64,000 nucleotides of DNA from Desulfobacteraceae bacterium UBA2174 (lineage in GTDB: Bacteria > Desulfobacterota > Desulfobacteria > Desulfobacterales > UBA2174): assembly GCA_002327445.1 (NCBI GenBank), contig DCWA01000023.1:71132-135131 (forward strand). Reading direction: 5' to 3'. The notes below the pieces were generated by a model. It was not told the origin of the DNA, did not search any database, and worked only from the letters and a program-made list of their open reading frames with translations. The position numbers were made by a program, and so were the translations under genes. Within the stretch, counting starts at the first letter, position 1. Every line of letters begins with the position of its first letter. Shown here piece after piece: positions 9,712 to 19,626 of the stretch.

Positions 9712-9804
9712 TCGCCCTCCTGTTCAGGGCGGCCGACCCGCGGTGCAGCCGCCGGATCTTTGGCACAAAACCATAAAATTCAAAGGAGCCCAAAAAGTGA
9801 ATTT

Positions 9805-9833
9805 AATTTATCGTCAACCGGCTTTTTTGTCAA
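9805..9833 (-). promoter_or_regulatory. Candidate sigma70-type promoter for the IMPase-family gene
   Basis: On the minus strand it reads TTGACA-N17-TAAATT, in an AT-rich patch about 90 nt upstream of the ATG at 9711. Confidence 0.35.
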
Positions 9834-9923
9834 CAACGAAGTTTTCCAAACACTGAAGGATTTCTTCTCTCGGATTGCGCCTGGCTGATGAAGGGGTGTC
9901 GCTTCAAAGACCTGGTCGCCCAG

Positions 9924-9960
9924 ACAAAACAGCCGACAGGGCAAGGTATCGCCCCGTCGA
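9924..9960 (-). terminator. Possible intrinsic terminator after hsp20
   Basis: On the minus strand: stem CGACGGGGC / GCCCTGTCG with an 8-nt loop, followed by GCTGTTTTGTCT. Confidence 0.4.
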
Positions 9961-9994
9961 CCGCTTTCGAGTTCAGGCCCCGTTCACGCCTGGA

Positions 9995-10468
9995 TCAATT
10001 CTGTTGCCCGACCTCCTCGACGCCGGGGGTCTGGATGGAAACCCGGCGGCTTTTCCCCTCCGCCTGCTTGGGTAGGCGAACGGTGAGCAGCCCGTCCTTG
10101 TAGCTGGCGTCGATGGTCCCCACATCCACCGTTTCGGGGATGCGCAGGGTGCGGCTGAAGCTGCCGTAACGGCGTTCGACGCGCAGGTAACACGCATCTT
10201 CCGACCTGGTTTCGGCGCGCTTTTCGCCGCGAATGGTCAACAGACCGTCGGAGAGGGTGATGTCGAGGTCGTCCTTGGTCATCCCCGGCACTTCGGTCTT
10301 CACCACGATCTCCCGGGGAGTCTCGGCCACGTCGATGGCCGGAGTCCAGGCCTGCCCCGCACCCGTGCTCCCGGTCGCCAGCGACTCGGAAAAGAGGCGG
10401 TCAAACAGATCCAACTCGGGAAAGCGCACTTGGCGCTGGCTGCGAATCAAAGGAAACCATACGTTCAT
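9995..10468 (-). CDS. Hsp20/alpha-crystallin family small heat-shock protein
   Basis: ORF track, 157 aa, with AAGGAGG upstream. Alpha-crystallin domain motifs: PAIDVAETPREIVVKTEVPGMTKDDLDITLSDGLLTIRGEK...GSFSRTLRIP...ASYKDGLLTVRLPK. Confidence 0.9.
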   Translation of the reverse strand: MNVWFPLIRSQRQVRFPELDLFDRLFSESLATGSTGAGQAWTPAIDVAETPREIVVKTEVPGMTKDDLDITLSDGLLTIRGEKRAETRSEDACYLRVERRYGSFSRTLRIPETVDVGTIDASYKDGLLTVRLPKQAEGKSRRVSIQTPGVEEVGQQN

Positions 10469-10513
10469 GCGATCTACCTCCTTGGGGGTGAAGTGGTCGT
10501 TTTCGAAATGACC

Positions 10514-10538
10514 ATAACCACGCCCCTCCGGCGGTCAA
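10514..10538 (-). promoter_or_regulatory. Candidate promoter of hsp20 (TTGACC-N10-CGTGGTTAT)
   Basis: The minus strand reads TTGACCgccggaggggCGTGGTTAT, about 45 nt upstream of the hsp20 ATG. The same 6+9 nt with the same spacing occurs upstream of clpB (38228..38252). Confidence 0.4.
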
Positions 10539-10546
10539 GTCGGCCG

Positions 10547-10900
10547 TCACCGGCCGGCGGCGCCCAGCACCGGCCGGAACAGGGTATAGTACAACTCGAG
10601 AATCCCCGGTGCCGCGGCGGGCTTGCGGTCGATGAAAACCTGCCAGCGGCTGTGCTCTTCCAGCTGCCAGACGATTTCCGAGATCCGGGCCAGGACCTCG
10701 GCCGGATCCCGGCCTTCGAGGCGGATGGTCTCCGACTCGGTGAACGATGCCGGATCGTCCACGTGACTGCCCGGCCCTAAACCGACAAGCACGCTCCCCT
10801 CGCCCACATCCAGCAAGGCGCGGTTGATGGCCGCCGCCAGTCGGGGGGCCAGGGGCGAAAGTTCGCGAAACATCCGGGTGGCAAGTTCGTTGGGGGTCAT
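10547..10900 (-). CDS. Hypothetical protein upstream of hsp20
   Basis: ORF track, 117 aa; no family recognised. It is on the same strand as hsp20, separated by a 78-nt gap. Confidence 0.5.
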   Translation of the reverse strand: MTPNELATRMFRELSPLAPRLAAAINRALLDVGEGSVLVGLGPGSHVDDPASFTESETIRLEGRDPAEVLARISEIVWQLEEHSRWQVFIDRKPAAAPGILELYYTLFRPVLGAAGR

Positions 10901-11173
10901 GGCAGCTCTCCTTTGTCTCCTTTGGCTTTTGGAAAATCGGTCTTATCGTGTCGATTCGAATTTCGCGTTTCGAGATGGAAGGCGGGAAATGGTCCGGGCA
11001 TCTTGTTGCGCGCCGAACGAGCGCACAGGAGACCGGCTGGACAAAATGGACGGAGTGGACCCAGTGGGCACCGGGGAAAGAGACGCCATCTGCGGGACCC
11101 GTTTTGCTTATAAATCGACTTTTGACGCGACCTTAATCTGTTTGAACAATTTAAAAATACGAGTGTTTTCCCG

Positions 11174-14100
11174 ATGAAACCCGATTCGATCAAGATCCGC
11201 GGCGCCCGCCAGCACAACCTGCAAAACATCGACCTCGACCTTCCCTTGAACCGTTTCACCGTCGTTTCGGGGGTGAGCGGCAGCGGCAAGTCGTCGCTGG
11301 CCTTCGACACCCTCTACGCGGAGGGTCAGCGGCGCTACGTGGAGACCTTTTCCCCCTACGCCCGCCAGTTCATGGACCGGATGGACCGCCCCCGGGTGGA
11401 GCGCATCGAGGCGGTGCCGCCGGCCATCGCCATCGACCGCAAGGATCCGGTGCGCACCTCGCGTTCGACGGTGGGCACCATGGCCGAGATCACCGATTAT
11501 GTAAAGCTTCTCTTCGCCCGGGCCGCGGTCCTGCACTGCCCACGCTGCGGTCGTCCGGTGGTCCCGGCCACGGCGGAGGCGGTGTGGGCACAGCTCAATA
11601 ACCGAACAGAGGGGAGCGAACTCATCGTCACCTTCCCCTTTCCGGTGGCGGAGGAAGACCCCCGGCGTACCGCCGCCCACCTGACCCGTCTCGGCTACGA
11701 CCGGCTTTTTCGCGGCGGCGCCATCGTTCCCCTCGCCGACCGGGATGCGGACGGTGGAGAGGGAAGCCTGGACGTGGTCGCCGATCGCACCGTATTCAAA
11801 AAAGGGGAGCGCACCCGCATCGTCGACTCCGTCGAGCAGGCCCTCGGCCTGGGCGGAGGCCGGGTGGATCTCTGGCTGGAGCGAAAGGTTCACCTCCCCT
11901 TTTCCACCCGTCTGGAGTGCCCCCACTGCGGCATCACCTTCGGCCGCTCGTCGTCCAATCTGTTTTCGTTCAACAGCCCGGTGGGCGCCTGCGACACCTG
12001 CCGTGGCTTCGGCCGGGTGATCGCCCTCGATCCTGACTTGGTGGTCCCCGACCCGGGTCTCAGCCTCGCCCGGGGCGCCATTCGACCCTGGGGCGATGCG
12101 GCGGGCGGGCGGATCGAGTACCAGGACCTCATGGACTTTTGCCGCCGGGCCGGCATCCCCGTCGACCGTCCCTTCCGGGAGCTGACAGACGCCCAGCGCC
12201 ATTCCGTCTTCGAGGGGGCCGACGGCTTTTACGGGGTCCGCGGATTCTTCGACTGGCTCGAAACCAAGACCTACAAGATGCACGTACGGGTGTTTCTCTC
12301 GCGCTACCGCGGCTACGACCGCTGTCCGGCCTGCGGCGGCACGCGGTTCAAGCCCGAGGCCCTCGCCTGGCGGCTCGCCGGGAAGACCATCGCCGAGATC
12401 TACGCCCTGAACGTGGACCAGGCCCTGGACTTCTTCCGGAGCCTGGAAACCGGGACGGACGAGGCCCGGCGCATCGTGGTGGAAGAAATTCGCAGCCGCC
12501 TCGGCTTCCTCAGGGACACGGGGTTGGGGTATCTTACCCTGGATCGACAGTCGCGCACCCTGTCGGGCGGCGAGGTGCAGCGGGTGTCTCTGGCCGCAGC
12601 CCTCGGCGCCTCCCTGGTGGATACCCTCTACGTGCTGGACGAGCCGAGTATCGGCCTCCACCCCCGGGACACGCGGCGCCTGGTGGATACCCTGATCCGC
12701 TTGCGCGACCAGGGCAACACCGTCGTGGTGGTGGAACACGACCCGGATGTCATCGCCCGCAGCGACTATCTGGTGGACCTGGGGCCCGGCGCCGGCCAAA
12801 ACGGCGGCCGCCTGGCCTACTTCGGCCCCACCGCCCGGGTCGACGGCTCGCTCACCGGCCAATACCTCACCGGCGCCCGGCGCATCGCCGTCCCGGCCCG
12901 GCGCAGGGACACGGCCGACGCCGAATGGCTCACCGTGGCCGGCGCCGCCGAACACAATCTGAAGGGAATCGACGCCGCTTTTCCCCTGCGGCGCTTCGTC
13001 TGCGTCACCGGCGTCTCCGGCTCCGGCAAGTCGACGCTGGTGGAGCAGATTCTCTACCGGGCCGTCAAGCGGGAAAAGGGCGACGACCAGGGCCGGCCCG
13101 GCAGCCACCGCGTTCTGGAAAACATCGCGGCCGTGGACGACGCCGAACTGGTGGACCAGCACCCCATCGGCCGCACTCCCCGGGCCAATGCCCTCACCTT
13201 CACCAAGGCCATGGATCCGATCCGCCGCCTGCTGGCCGACACCGAGGCGGCCCGCAGCGCCGGATTCGGCCCGGGGCATTTCTCGTTCAACACGGCCGGC
13301 GGGCGCTGCGAGGCCTGCCGCGGCGAAGGCTTCGAACGGGTGGAGATGCAGTTTCTCTCCGACGTCTATCTCACCTGCCCCGTCTGCCAGGGCCGCCGCT
13401 TCACCGACGCCGTCCTCGCGGTGCGCTACCGGGGCCGCAGCATAGCGGACATCTTCGAGATGACCGTGGACGAGGGACTGGCCTTCTTCGCGGACCGGCC
13501 GCGCATCGCCTCGTCCCTGGCGCCCCTGGCCAAGGTCGGCCTGGGCTACCTGCGCCTCGGCCAGCCGATCAACACCCTGTCCGGGGGCGAGGCCCAGCGG
13601 CTCAAGCTCTCGCGGCACCTGGGCCGCGGGGACGGCCGCCACCGGCTCCTCATCTTCGACGAGCCCACCACCGGGCTCCACCTCCACGACATCCGCACCC
13701 TGCTCCAGGCCCTGCACCACCTGGTGGACGAGGGGCAGAGCGTGGTGGTGGTCGAGCACAACCCGTACGTGATCCAAACCGCCGACTGGGTGATCGACCT
13801 CGGCCCCGAGGGCGGTGCCGCGGGAGGTCGCATCGTCACCGCCGGCCCCCCCGAGGCGGTGGCCGCCTGCCCGGAGAGCCACACCGGCCGGTTCCTGGCG
13901 CCCCTGCTGGCCGGCGCCCCGCCGGTCGGGCAGGCGCCGGCCGTCGCGGAGCCGCCGGCCGTCTACGGCGCGCTCCAGGCCCGGGCCATCCACATCGTCG
14001 GGGCCCGGGAACACAACCTGAAAAATATCACCCTGGACATCCCCCGCCACCAACTGGTGGCCCTCACCGGGGTGTCGGGATCGGGCAAATCGACCCTGGC

Positions 14101-16441
14101 GTTCGACATCCTTTTCGCCGAAGGCCAGCGGCGCTATCTGGAAAGCCTGGCGCCCTACGTGCGCCAGTACATGAAGATCCTGGAGCGCCCCGAGGTGGAC
14201 CGGCTCACCGGCCTGCCGCCCACCGTGGCCATCGAACAGCGCATCAGCCATGCCGGCCGGCGCTCCACCGTGGCCACCCTCACCGAGATCTATCACTTCC
14301 TGCGCCTGCTCTTCGCCCGCCTCGGACGCCCCCATTGCCCCCGCTGCGGCCAGCCGCTGGCCGCCCTGAGCCGGGAAGCGATGGTCGAACGGATCAGGAC
14401 CGAGACCGGCGGGCGCCCGGCGCGGATTCTGGCCGTCAAGATCGCCAACCGCAAGGGGATGCACAAGCAGGTCCTGGACCGGGCCTTGAAGGCCGGCTGC
14501 AGGGAAGCCTGGATTGACGGCGAAATCGTCGCGTTGGCGCCGGGCATGGCGCTGGACCGTTTCAGGCTGCACACCGTGGCCCGGGTGATGGGGCGAACGC
14601 CGGCGGATGACCTCGATGCCTTGGTGGCGGCGGCCTTGGCGGAAGGCGGCGGGAGCCTGATGGTGGCCGACGACCAGGGAGCGACGCGGGCTTTCAGCGC
14701 CGACGGCGTCTGCCCCGCCTGCGGGGTCGGGGTGACGGCGGCGGACGACCCCCAGCGATTCTCCTTCAACAGCCCCCTGGGGGCTTGCCCCCGCTGCGAG
14801 GGGCTCGGCACGGACCCGCATACCGGTGCCACCTGTCCGGACTGCGGCGGCAGCCGGCTCAATGAGCAGGCCCTGGCGGTCAGGATCGAGGGCCGCACGA
14901 TCTGGGATTTCGTCTCGAGGCCCGCGCCAGGCCTGCACGCCGTTCTGGAGGGATTGGAGATTCCGGACCACCGTCGGCCGGTGGCCGACCCGATTCTCGC
15001 CGAACTGCGCGGCCGGCTGGAGCTGCTGGAACGACTCGGTTTGGACTACCTGGCCCTCTCGCGCAGCGGCGCCACCCTCTCGGGGGGCGAGGCCCAGCGG
15101 GTGCGCCTGGCAGCCCAGCTCGGCTCCAACCTCGCCGGAGCGGCCTACATCCTGGACGAGCCGACCATCGGCCTGCATCCCCGCGACAACCACCGGCTCA
15201 TCCAGGCCTTGCAGGGCCTGCGCGACCGGGGCAACACGGTGGTGGTGGTGGAGCACGATGAAGAAACCATCCGGGCCGCCGACACCGTCATCGACCTGGG
15301 GCCGGGGGCGGGAGACCGGGGCGGAACGGTGGTCGTCTCCGGCACTCCGGCCGCGGTGGCGGCCTGCGCCGCCTCGCGCACCGGGGCCCTCTTGGCCGAT
15401 GGCCACCGCCGGGCGGCGGCAAGGTCAAGAGAGACGCGGCAATACCTGACGGTCCGGGGGGCGAGGGCCAACAACCTGCGGGAGGTGACGGTGGATTTTC
15501 CCCTGGGGATGCTTGTCGCCGTCACCGGCGTTTCCGGCTCTGGAAAGTCTTCCCTGCTCAAGGAGACCCTCCACCGCGGACTCAAGGCGCGCCTGGACGG
15601 GCGGCCGGCGGAGGACCCGGCCGCCTGCGACGCCATCGACGGGTGGGGGGCCGTCACGGCGGTCTGCGAAGTGGACCACAGCCCCATCGGCCGCACCCCG
15701 CGTTCGGTGCCGGCCACCTATGTGGGGATCATGGAGGCGATCCGCCGCCTCTTTGCGGCCACCCCGGCGGCCCGGGCCCGGGGATACGCACCGGCCCGTT
15801 TCTCCTTCAACGCGGCCGGCGGCCGCTGCGAGGCCTGCCGCGGACAGGGGCATCCGCGGGTGGAAATGAGCTTTCTGCCGGATGTGCACGTGGCCTGCGA
15901 GGTCTGCGGCGGCGCCCGCTTCAACGCCGACACCCTGGCGGTGCGCTACAAGGGCAAAACCATCGCCGAGGTGCTGGACATGACCTTCGACGAGGCGGCC
16001 GACTTTTTTTCCGCCGTCACGGAAATCCACCGGGCCGCCGCCTTCGTGGCCGCCATCGGCCTCGGCTACCTGCGGCTGGGCCAACCGAGCCCGACCCTTT
16101 CCGGAGGCGAGGCCCAGCGCATCAAGCTGGCGCGCCATTTGGCCCGGCCGGGCCGGGGGCACACCTGCTTCATTCTCGACGAGCCCACCACCGGCCTCCA
16201 CGGGGCCGATGTGCAGCGGTTGTTGGAAGTTCTGCAACACTTGGTGGATGCCGGCAACACGGTGGCGGTGATCGAACACAACCTTGACCTGATCGCAGCG
16301 GCCGACTGGATCGTCGATCTGGGACCCGAAGGGGGGGACGGCGGCGGGCGGGTGGTCTTCGCCGGTCCGCCCGCCGGGCTGATGGCCCTCCGGCCGCCGA
16401 CACACACCGGACGGTTTCTCGCCCGGCACCTCGACGGCTGA
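11174..16441 (+). CDS. uvrA: Tandem-duplicated UvrA-family ABC ATPase (two complete UvrA-like units in one 1755-aa chain)
   Basis: ORF track, 1755 aa. It has four Walker A motifs ([10 protein letters not shown] at aa 33, 613, 966, 1452) and four signature motifs (TLSGGE at aa 462, 801, 1301, 1641). Zn-module CxxC pairs occur in both halves. The N-terminus [19 protein letters not shown] is typical of UvrA. Confidence 0.9.
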   Translation: MKPDSIKIRGARQHNLQNIDLDLPLNRFTVVSGVSGSGKSSLAFDTLYAEGQRRYVETFSPYARQFMDRMDRPRVERIEAVPPAIAIDRKDPVRTSRSTVGTMAEITDYVKLLFARAAVLHCPRCGRPVVPATAEAVWAQLNNRTEGSELIVTFPFPVAEEDPRRTAAHLTRLGYDRLFRGGAIVPLADRDADGGEGSLDVVADRTVFKKGERTRIVDSVEQALGLGGGRVDLWLERKVHLPFSTRLECPHCGITFGRSSSNLFSFNSPVGACDTCRGFGRVIALDPDLVVPDPGLSLARGAIRPWGDAAGGRIEYQDLMDFCRRAGIPVDRPFRELTDAQRHSVFEGADGFYGVRGFFDWLETKTYKMHVRVFLSRYRGYDRCPACGGTRFKPEALAWRLAGKTIAEIYALNVDQALDFFRSLETGTDEARRIVVEEIRSRLGFLRDTGLGYLTLDRQSRTLSGGEVQRVSLAAALGASLVDTLYVLDEPSIGLHPRDTRRLVDTLIRLRDQGNTVVVVEHDPDVIARSDYLVDLGPGAGQNGGRLAYFGPTARVDGSLTGQYLTGARRIAVPARRRDTADAEWLTVAGAAEHNLKGIDAAFPLRRFVCVTGVSGSGKSTLVEQILYRAVKREKGDDQGRPGSHRVLENIAAVDDAELVDQHPIGRTPRANALTFTKAMDPIRRLLADTEAARSAGFGPGHFSFNTAGGRCEACRGEGFERVEMQFLSDVYLTCPVCQGRRFTDAVLAVRYRGRSIADIFEMTVDEGLAFFADRPRIASSLAPLAKVGLGYLRLGQPINTLSGGEAQRLKLSRHLGRGDGRHRLLIFDEPTTGLHLHDIRTLLQALHHLVDEGQSVVVVEHNPYVIQTADWVIDLGPEGGAAGGRIVTAGPPEAVAACPESHTGRFLAPLLAGAPPVGQAPAVAEPPAVYGALQARAIHIVGAREHNLKNITLDIPRHQLVALTGVSGSGKSTLAFDILFAEGQRRYLESLAPYVRQYMKILERPEVDRLTGLPPTVAIEQRISHAGRRSTVATLTEIYHFLRLLFARLGRPHCPRCGQPLAALSREAMVERIRTETGGRPARILAVKIANRKGMHKQVLDRALKAGCREAWIDGEIVALAPGMALDRFRLHTVARVMGRTPADDLDALVAAALAEGGGSLMVADDQGATRAFSADGVCPACGVGVTAADDPQRFSFNSPLGACPRCEGLGTDPHTGATCPDCGGSRLNEQALAVRIEGRTIWDFVSRPAPGLHAVLEGLEIPDHRRPVADPILAELRGRLELLERLGLDYLALSRSGATLSGGEAQRVRLAAQLGSNLAGAAYILDEPTIGLHPRDNHRLIQALQGLRDRGNTVVVVEHDEETIRAADTVIDLGPGAGDRGGTVVVSGTPAAVAACAASRTGALLADGHRRAAARSRETRQYLTVRGARANNLREVTVDFPLGMLVAVTGVSGSGKSSLLKETLHRGLKARLDGRPAEDPAACDAIDGWGAVTAVCEVDHSPIGRTPRSVPATYVGIMEAIRRLFAATPAARARGYAPARFSFNAAGGRCEACRGQGHPRVEMSFLPDVHVACEVCGGARFNADTLAVRYKGKTIAEVLDMTFDEAADFFSAVTEIHRAAAFVAAIGLGYLRLGQPSPTLSGGEAQRIKLARHLARPGRGHTCFILDEPTTGLHGADVQRLLEVLQHLVDAGNTVAVIEHNLDLIAAADWIVDLGPEGGDGGGRVVFAGPPAGLMALRPPTHTGRFLARHLDG

Positions 16442-16443
16442 AC

Positions 16444-18387
16444 CTACTGCCGGCGGGCCGCCTCCATGCGGGCGCGGACCGAGGGGAAGCGTTGGGTGTC
16501 GGTGTGGGGCAGAAAGAGCGCCGCCACATATTGGTCCATGAAGCTGGCGGTCTCGGACAGTTCGAAGTTGGTCATCATGGCCGTCACCCGGGTGACATCG
16601 CGGCGCACCTGGTTGGTGAGGGCGCTGATGCGCGCACCGAGGAGCGAACCGTTGCCAAGGTAATGGATCCGCTGGGGATCGATGTCCGGCAGCAGGCCGA
16701 TGGTGATGGCCTGGGTCAGATCGATGTAGGCCCCGAATCCACCGGCCAGCAGAATCTGGTCCACGGCATCGAAGTCGAGGCCCACCTCGTTGAGCAGCGT
16801 CAAACAGCCGCTGTAGATGGCCCCCTTGGCACGAATGAGGTTCTCGATGTCGATTTCGGTGAGCACGATGTCGCGCCCGATGGCCGTGTCGTCCTTCCAC
16901 ACCATCACGTACTCCCAGACTTCGTTGGTCTCCCGGATGCGCGGCGTGTCCAGATCGCGCTCGAACTTGCCCTGGTGGTTGATCACGCCCATTTCCAGCA
17001 TGCGGGCCACGGTGCTGATGAGTCCCGAACCGCAGATCCCCCGGGGTTTGCCGCTGCCCACGGTGAGGAGCATCGGCTCGTAGGTCTTCGGATCGATGGA
17101 AAAATCCTCGATGGCCCCCTTTTCGGCGCGCATGCCGAACTGGATGCCGCCACCCTCGAATGCCGGGCCGGCCGAGCAGGCGGCGCACACCATCCAGTCC
17201 TTGTTGCCGATGACGATCTCGGCGTTGGTGCCGATGTCGATGTACAGGGTGGTTTCAGCGCTGCGATACATCCCGGACCCCATCACCCCGGCGACGATGT
17301 CCCCCCCCACGTAACTGGAGACCTGGGGAAAAACCAGGGCCCGGGCATGATCGTTGATTTCCAGACCGATGGCCCTGGCTTGGATGGGCGGGAAGAGGGT
17401 GGCGGCCGGCACGTAGGGCGAATGGCGGATATAGCGCGGATTGATCTTGAGCAGCAACTGGGTCATGGTGGTGTTGCCGGCGATGGTGATAGTGGGAATC
17501 TCCTCCGGGTCGACCTTGGCCTGCGCCAGGATCCGGGCGATCACCTTGTTGACCGTGTCCAGCACGGCCTGGTTGAGCTGCTCCAGCCCCTCGGGCTTTT
17601 CCGCCAGGGCGATGCGGGTGATCACATCCTCGCCGAAACTGATCTGGCCGTTGAAGTCCCCGTGCTGGGCCACGGCCTCGCCGGTGTGCAGGTCCACCAC
17701 CTGGCCGAAGACCGTGGTAGTACCGATGTCAACGGCCAAGGCAAAGAGCCGGTCCCGTGTGTCGCCGGCCTCGATGTTCACCAGCCGGTTGCCGCGCCCG
17801 TTGCGCACCGGCCGCAGGATGGTGACGGTGGACTTGAAATCGTTCTGGCGCAATGTATCCGGCAGCTTGCGCATGAAGGGGAGATCGGGCGAGAGCCGGT
17901 GTTCGTCGTGCTGCTGGCGCAGGGTGTTGATCAGGCGGGAGAGGTCCGGCTCATGGTCCGCGGCCGTGGGAACGGGCAGATCGACGAATATTTTTTCCAC
18001 CGGCGGAACGAAGAAACCCTGCTCCTTGATGCTCTCGAAGTCGAAAGCCTTGACCCGGGCCGTGTGGCGTGGCGCGGCCCGCTTGTCCAGGATGCTGGCG
18101 TCCACGGTGGATTCCAGGGGAACCGTGACGGTAATGTCGCCCACCACCGTGGACTGGCAGGCGAGTCGATACCCCTGGGCGATCTCGTCGTCGCGCAGGC
18201 GGGCCGACAACCCTCCTTCCACGCTGCCCTCGGAGATGACCACCCGGCATTTGCCGCAACTGCCGCTGCCCCCGCAGGATGCGTTGATGTGCACCCCGGC
18301 TTCCATCGCCGCCCGCAGCAGGTTCGTGCCTGCGGGAACGCGGATCGATTTGTCATAGGGCTGAAAAACGACTTGGTAATCCGCCAT
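16444..18387 (-). CDS. Reductive activator of corrinoid Fe-S protein (RACo-like; 2Fe-2S ferredoxin domain plus ASKHA ATPase)
   Basis: Internal ATG of ORF 16444..18597, with GAAAGGA upstream. The N-terminus is MADYQVVFQPYDKSIRVPAGTNLL...SCGGSGSCGKCRV...LACQ (plant-type 2Fe-2S). It is followed by LAVDIGTTTV, ITIAGNTTM, LYIDIGTNAEI and AGPAFEGGGI (ASKHA fold). Confidence 0.85.
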   Translation of the reverse strand: MADYQVVFQPYDKSIRVPAGTNLLRAAMEAGVHINASCGGSGSCGKCRVVISEGSVEGGLSARLRDDEIAQGYRLACQSTVVGDITVTVPLESTVDASILDKRAAPRHTARVKAFDFESIKEQGFFVPPVEKIFVDLPVPTAADHEPDLSRLINTLRQQHDEHRLSPDLPFMRKLPDTLRQNDFKSTVTILRPVRNGRGNRLVNIEAGDTRDRLFALAVDIGTTTVFGQVVDLHTGEAVAQHGDFNGQISFGEDVITRIALAEKPEGLEQLNQAVLDTVNKVIARILAQAKVDPEEIPTITIAGNTTMTQLLLKINPRYIRHSPYVPAATLFPPIQARAIGLEINDHARALVFPQVSSYVGGDIVAGVMGSGMYRSAETTLYIDIGTNAEIVIGNKDWMVCAACSAGPAFEGGGIQFGMRAEKGAIEDFSIDPKTYEPMLLTVGSGKPRGICGSGLISTVARMLEMGVINHQGKFERDLDTPRIRETNEVWEYVMVWKDDTAIGRDIVLTEIDIENLIRAKGAIYSGCLTLLNEVGLDFDAVDQILLAGGFGAYIDLTQAITIGLLPDIDPQRIHYLGNGSLLGARISALTNQVRRDVTRVTAMMTNFELSETASFMDQYVAALFLPHTDTQRFPSVRARMEAARRQ

Positions 18388-18672
18388 GGCCGGTTCCTTT
18401 CTCGGCGGTATGCGCCGGATCGCCGTCGGGACGGCAAGAGCAGCCTGCGTTTCCCCACCCGCTGCCGTGAGTTCCGAAGATGGAAAAAAGTTATCGATAG
18501 CACAAGCAATGGGTGAGGGCAAATCTTCAACCGGTATCTTATACCGATGTCGCCGCGTCGCGGAAGACCCGGTCCGGCCTTTACAACGATATATCAATGC
18601 CCCTATAAATGAGAACTGTTATTGATAAGTAGCCAGGAGTTTCGATTCTCCCTATATATCAAGGAGGCTCCC

Positions 18673-19626
18673 ATGTCCCCGTCGCCGATTTCACCCCCCG
18701 GACCCGTCTGGCCCGGCTCCTGGAGCCGCCGTCGCTTTCTGGCTCGCGGCATCGCCTGGGTCGGCGCATTGAGCCTGGGGGGGGTGCTGCCCCGCCAGGC
18801 CGCGGCCGGCGGACCTGCGGACATCGCCATCGCCGAGGGGACCCCCGAGGCTGCGGTGCGGGCCGCCGTGGGTGCCCTGGGCGGAATCCAGGCCTTTGTC
18901 CGGCGGGGCCAAAAAGTGGTCATCAAGCCCAACATGAGCTTTGCCCCCGACGTCGAGCGGGCCAGCAACACCCATCCGGAGGTGGTGCGCACCCTCGTGG
19001 CCCTGTGCCGCGAGGCAGGCGCCGGCCGGGTGCGGGTCCTGGACCACCCGCTGCGCCAGGCCGAGTTGTGCATCGAGGGGGTCAAGCAGGCGTGCAGCCC
19101 GTTCGACAAGGACATGGTCCACGGGCTGGACAAGCCGGGTTTTTTCAAGCCGGTGTCCATCGCCCAGGGGCTTCAGATGCGGGAGACCGATGTGATGCAG
19201 GACGTCCTGGAGGCCGACGTGCTCATCGCCACGCCGGTGGCCAAGAGCCACGGCAGCACCGGGGTGAGCCTGTCGCTGAAAGGGATGATGGGGCTGATCT
19301 GGGACCGGGGCATCATGCACTACAAGTACGACCTGAACGAGGCCATCGTGGACTTGGCCACGGTTCTCAAACCGCAATTGACGGTCATCGACGTCACCCG
19401 GGCCCTCACCACCAACGGCCCGGGCGGGCCGGGCAAGGTGGTGCGCCTGGACGCGGTCATCGCCGCCGCCGACCCGGTGGCCGCCGACGCCCAGGCCGTG
19501 GCCATGGTTCCCTGGTACGGACAGCGCCTCGCCCCGCGCCAGGTGCCCCACATCCGCCGGGCCCATGAACGGGGGCTGGGGCGCATGGACATCGAGAACC
19601 TGCGCGTCCGGCGCGTGACGGCATGA
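18673..19626 (+). CDS. DUF362-family protein with twin-arginine (Tat) signal
   Basis: Internal ATG of ORF 18622..19626, with AAGGAGG upstream. The leader is MSPSPISPPGPVWPGSWSRRRFLARGIAWVGALSLGG..AAA. The body (VVIKPNMSF...THPEVV...ATPVAKSHG...SLSLKGMMG) matches my recollection of DUF362. Confidence 0.8.
   Translation: MSPSPISPPGPVWPGSWSRRRFLARGIAWVGALSLGGVLPRQAAAGGPADIAIAEGTPEAAVRAAVGALGGIQAFVRRGQKVVIKPNMSFAPDVERASNTHPEVVRTLVALCREAGAGRVRVLDHPLRQAELCIEGVKQACSPFDKDMVHGLDKPGFFKPVSIAQGLQMRETDVMQDVLEADVLIATPVAKSHGSTGVSLSLKGMMGLIWDRGIMHYKYDLNEAIVDLATVLKPQLTVIDVTRALTTNGPGGPGKVVRLDAVIAAADPVAADAQAVAMVPWYGQRLAPRQVPHIRRAHERGLGRMDIENLRVRRVTA

Noticed and set aside
9797-9856. A 19-codon GTG ORF preceded by AAAGGAG in the AT-rich intergenic region between the IMPase-family gene and hsp20.
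   Set aside because: It is too short to support without conservation data. The same AT-rich stretch is better explained as the minus-strand promoter region of the IMPase-family gene.
11108-15406. A 1432-aa ORF on the minus strand, one of the longest in the track.
   Set aside because: It lies exactly antisense to the UvrA-like gene. Its translation is Gly/Ala/Arg/Pro/Val-rich low complexity with no recognisable motif, while the + strand carries four complete ABC modules. It is a typical GC-rich shadow ORF.
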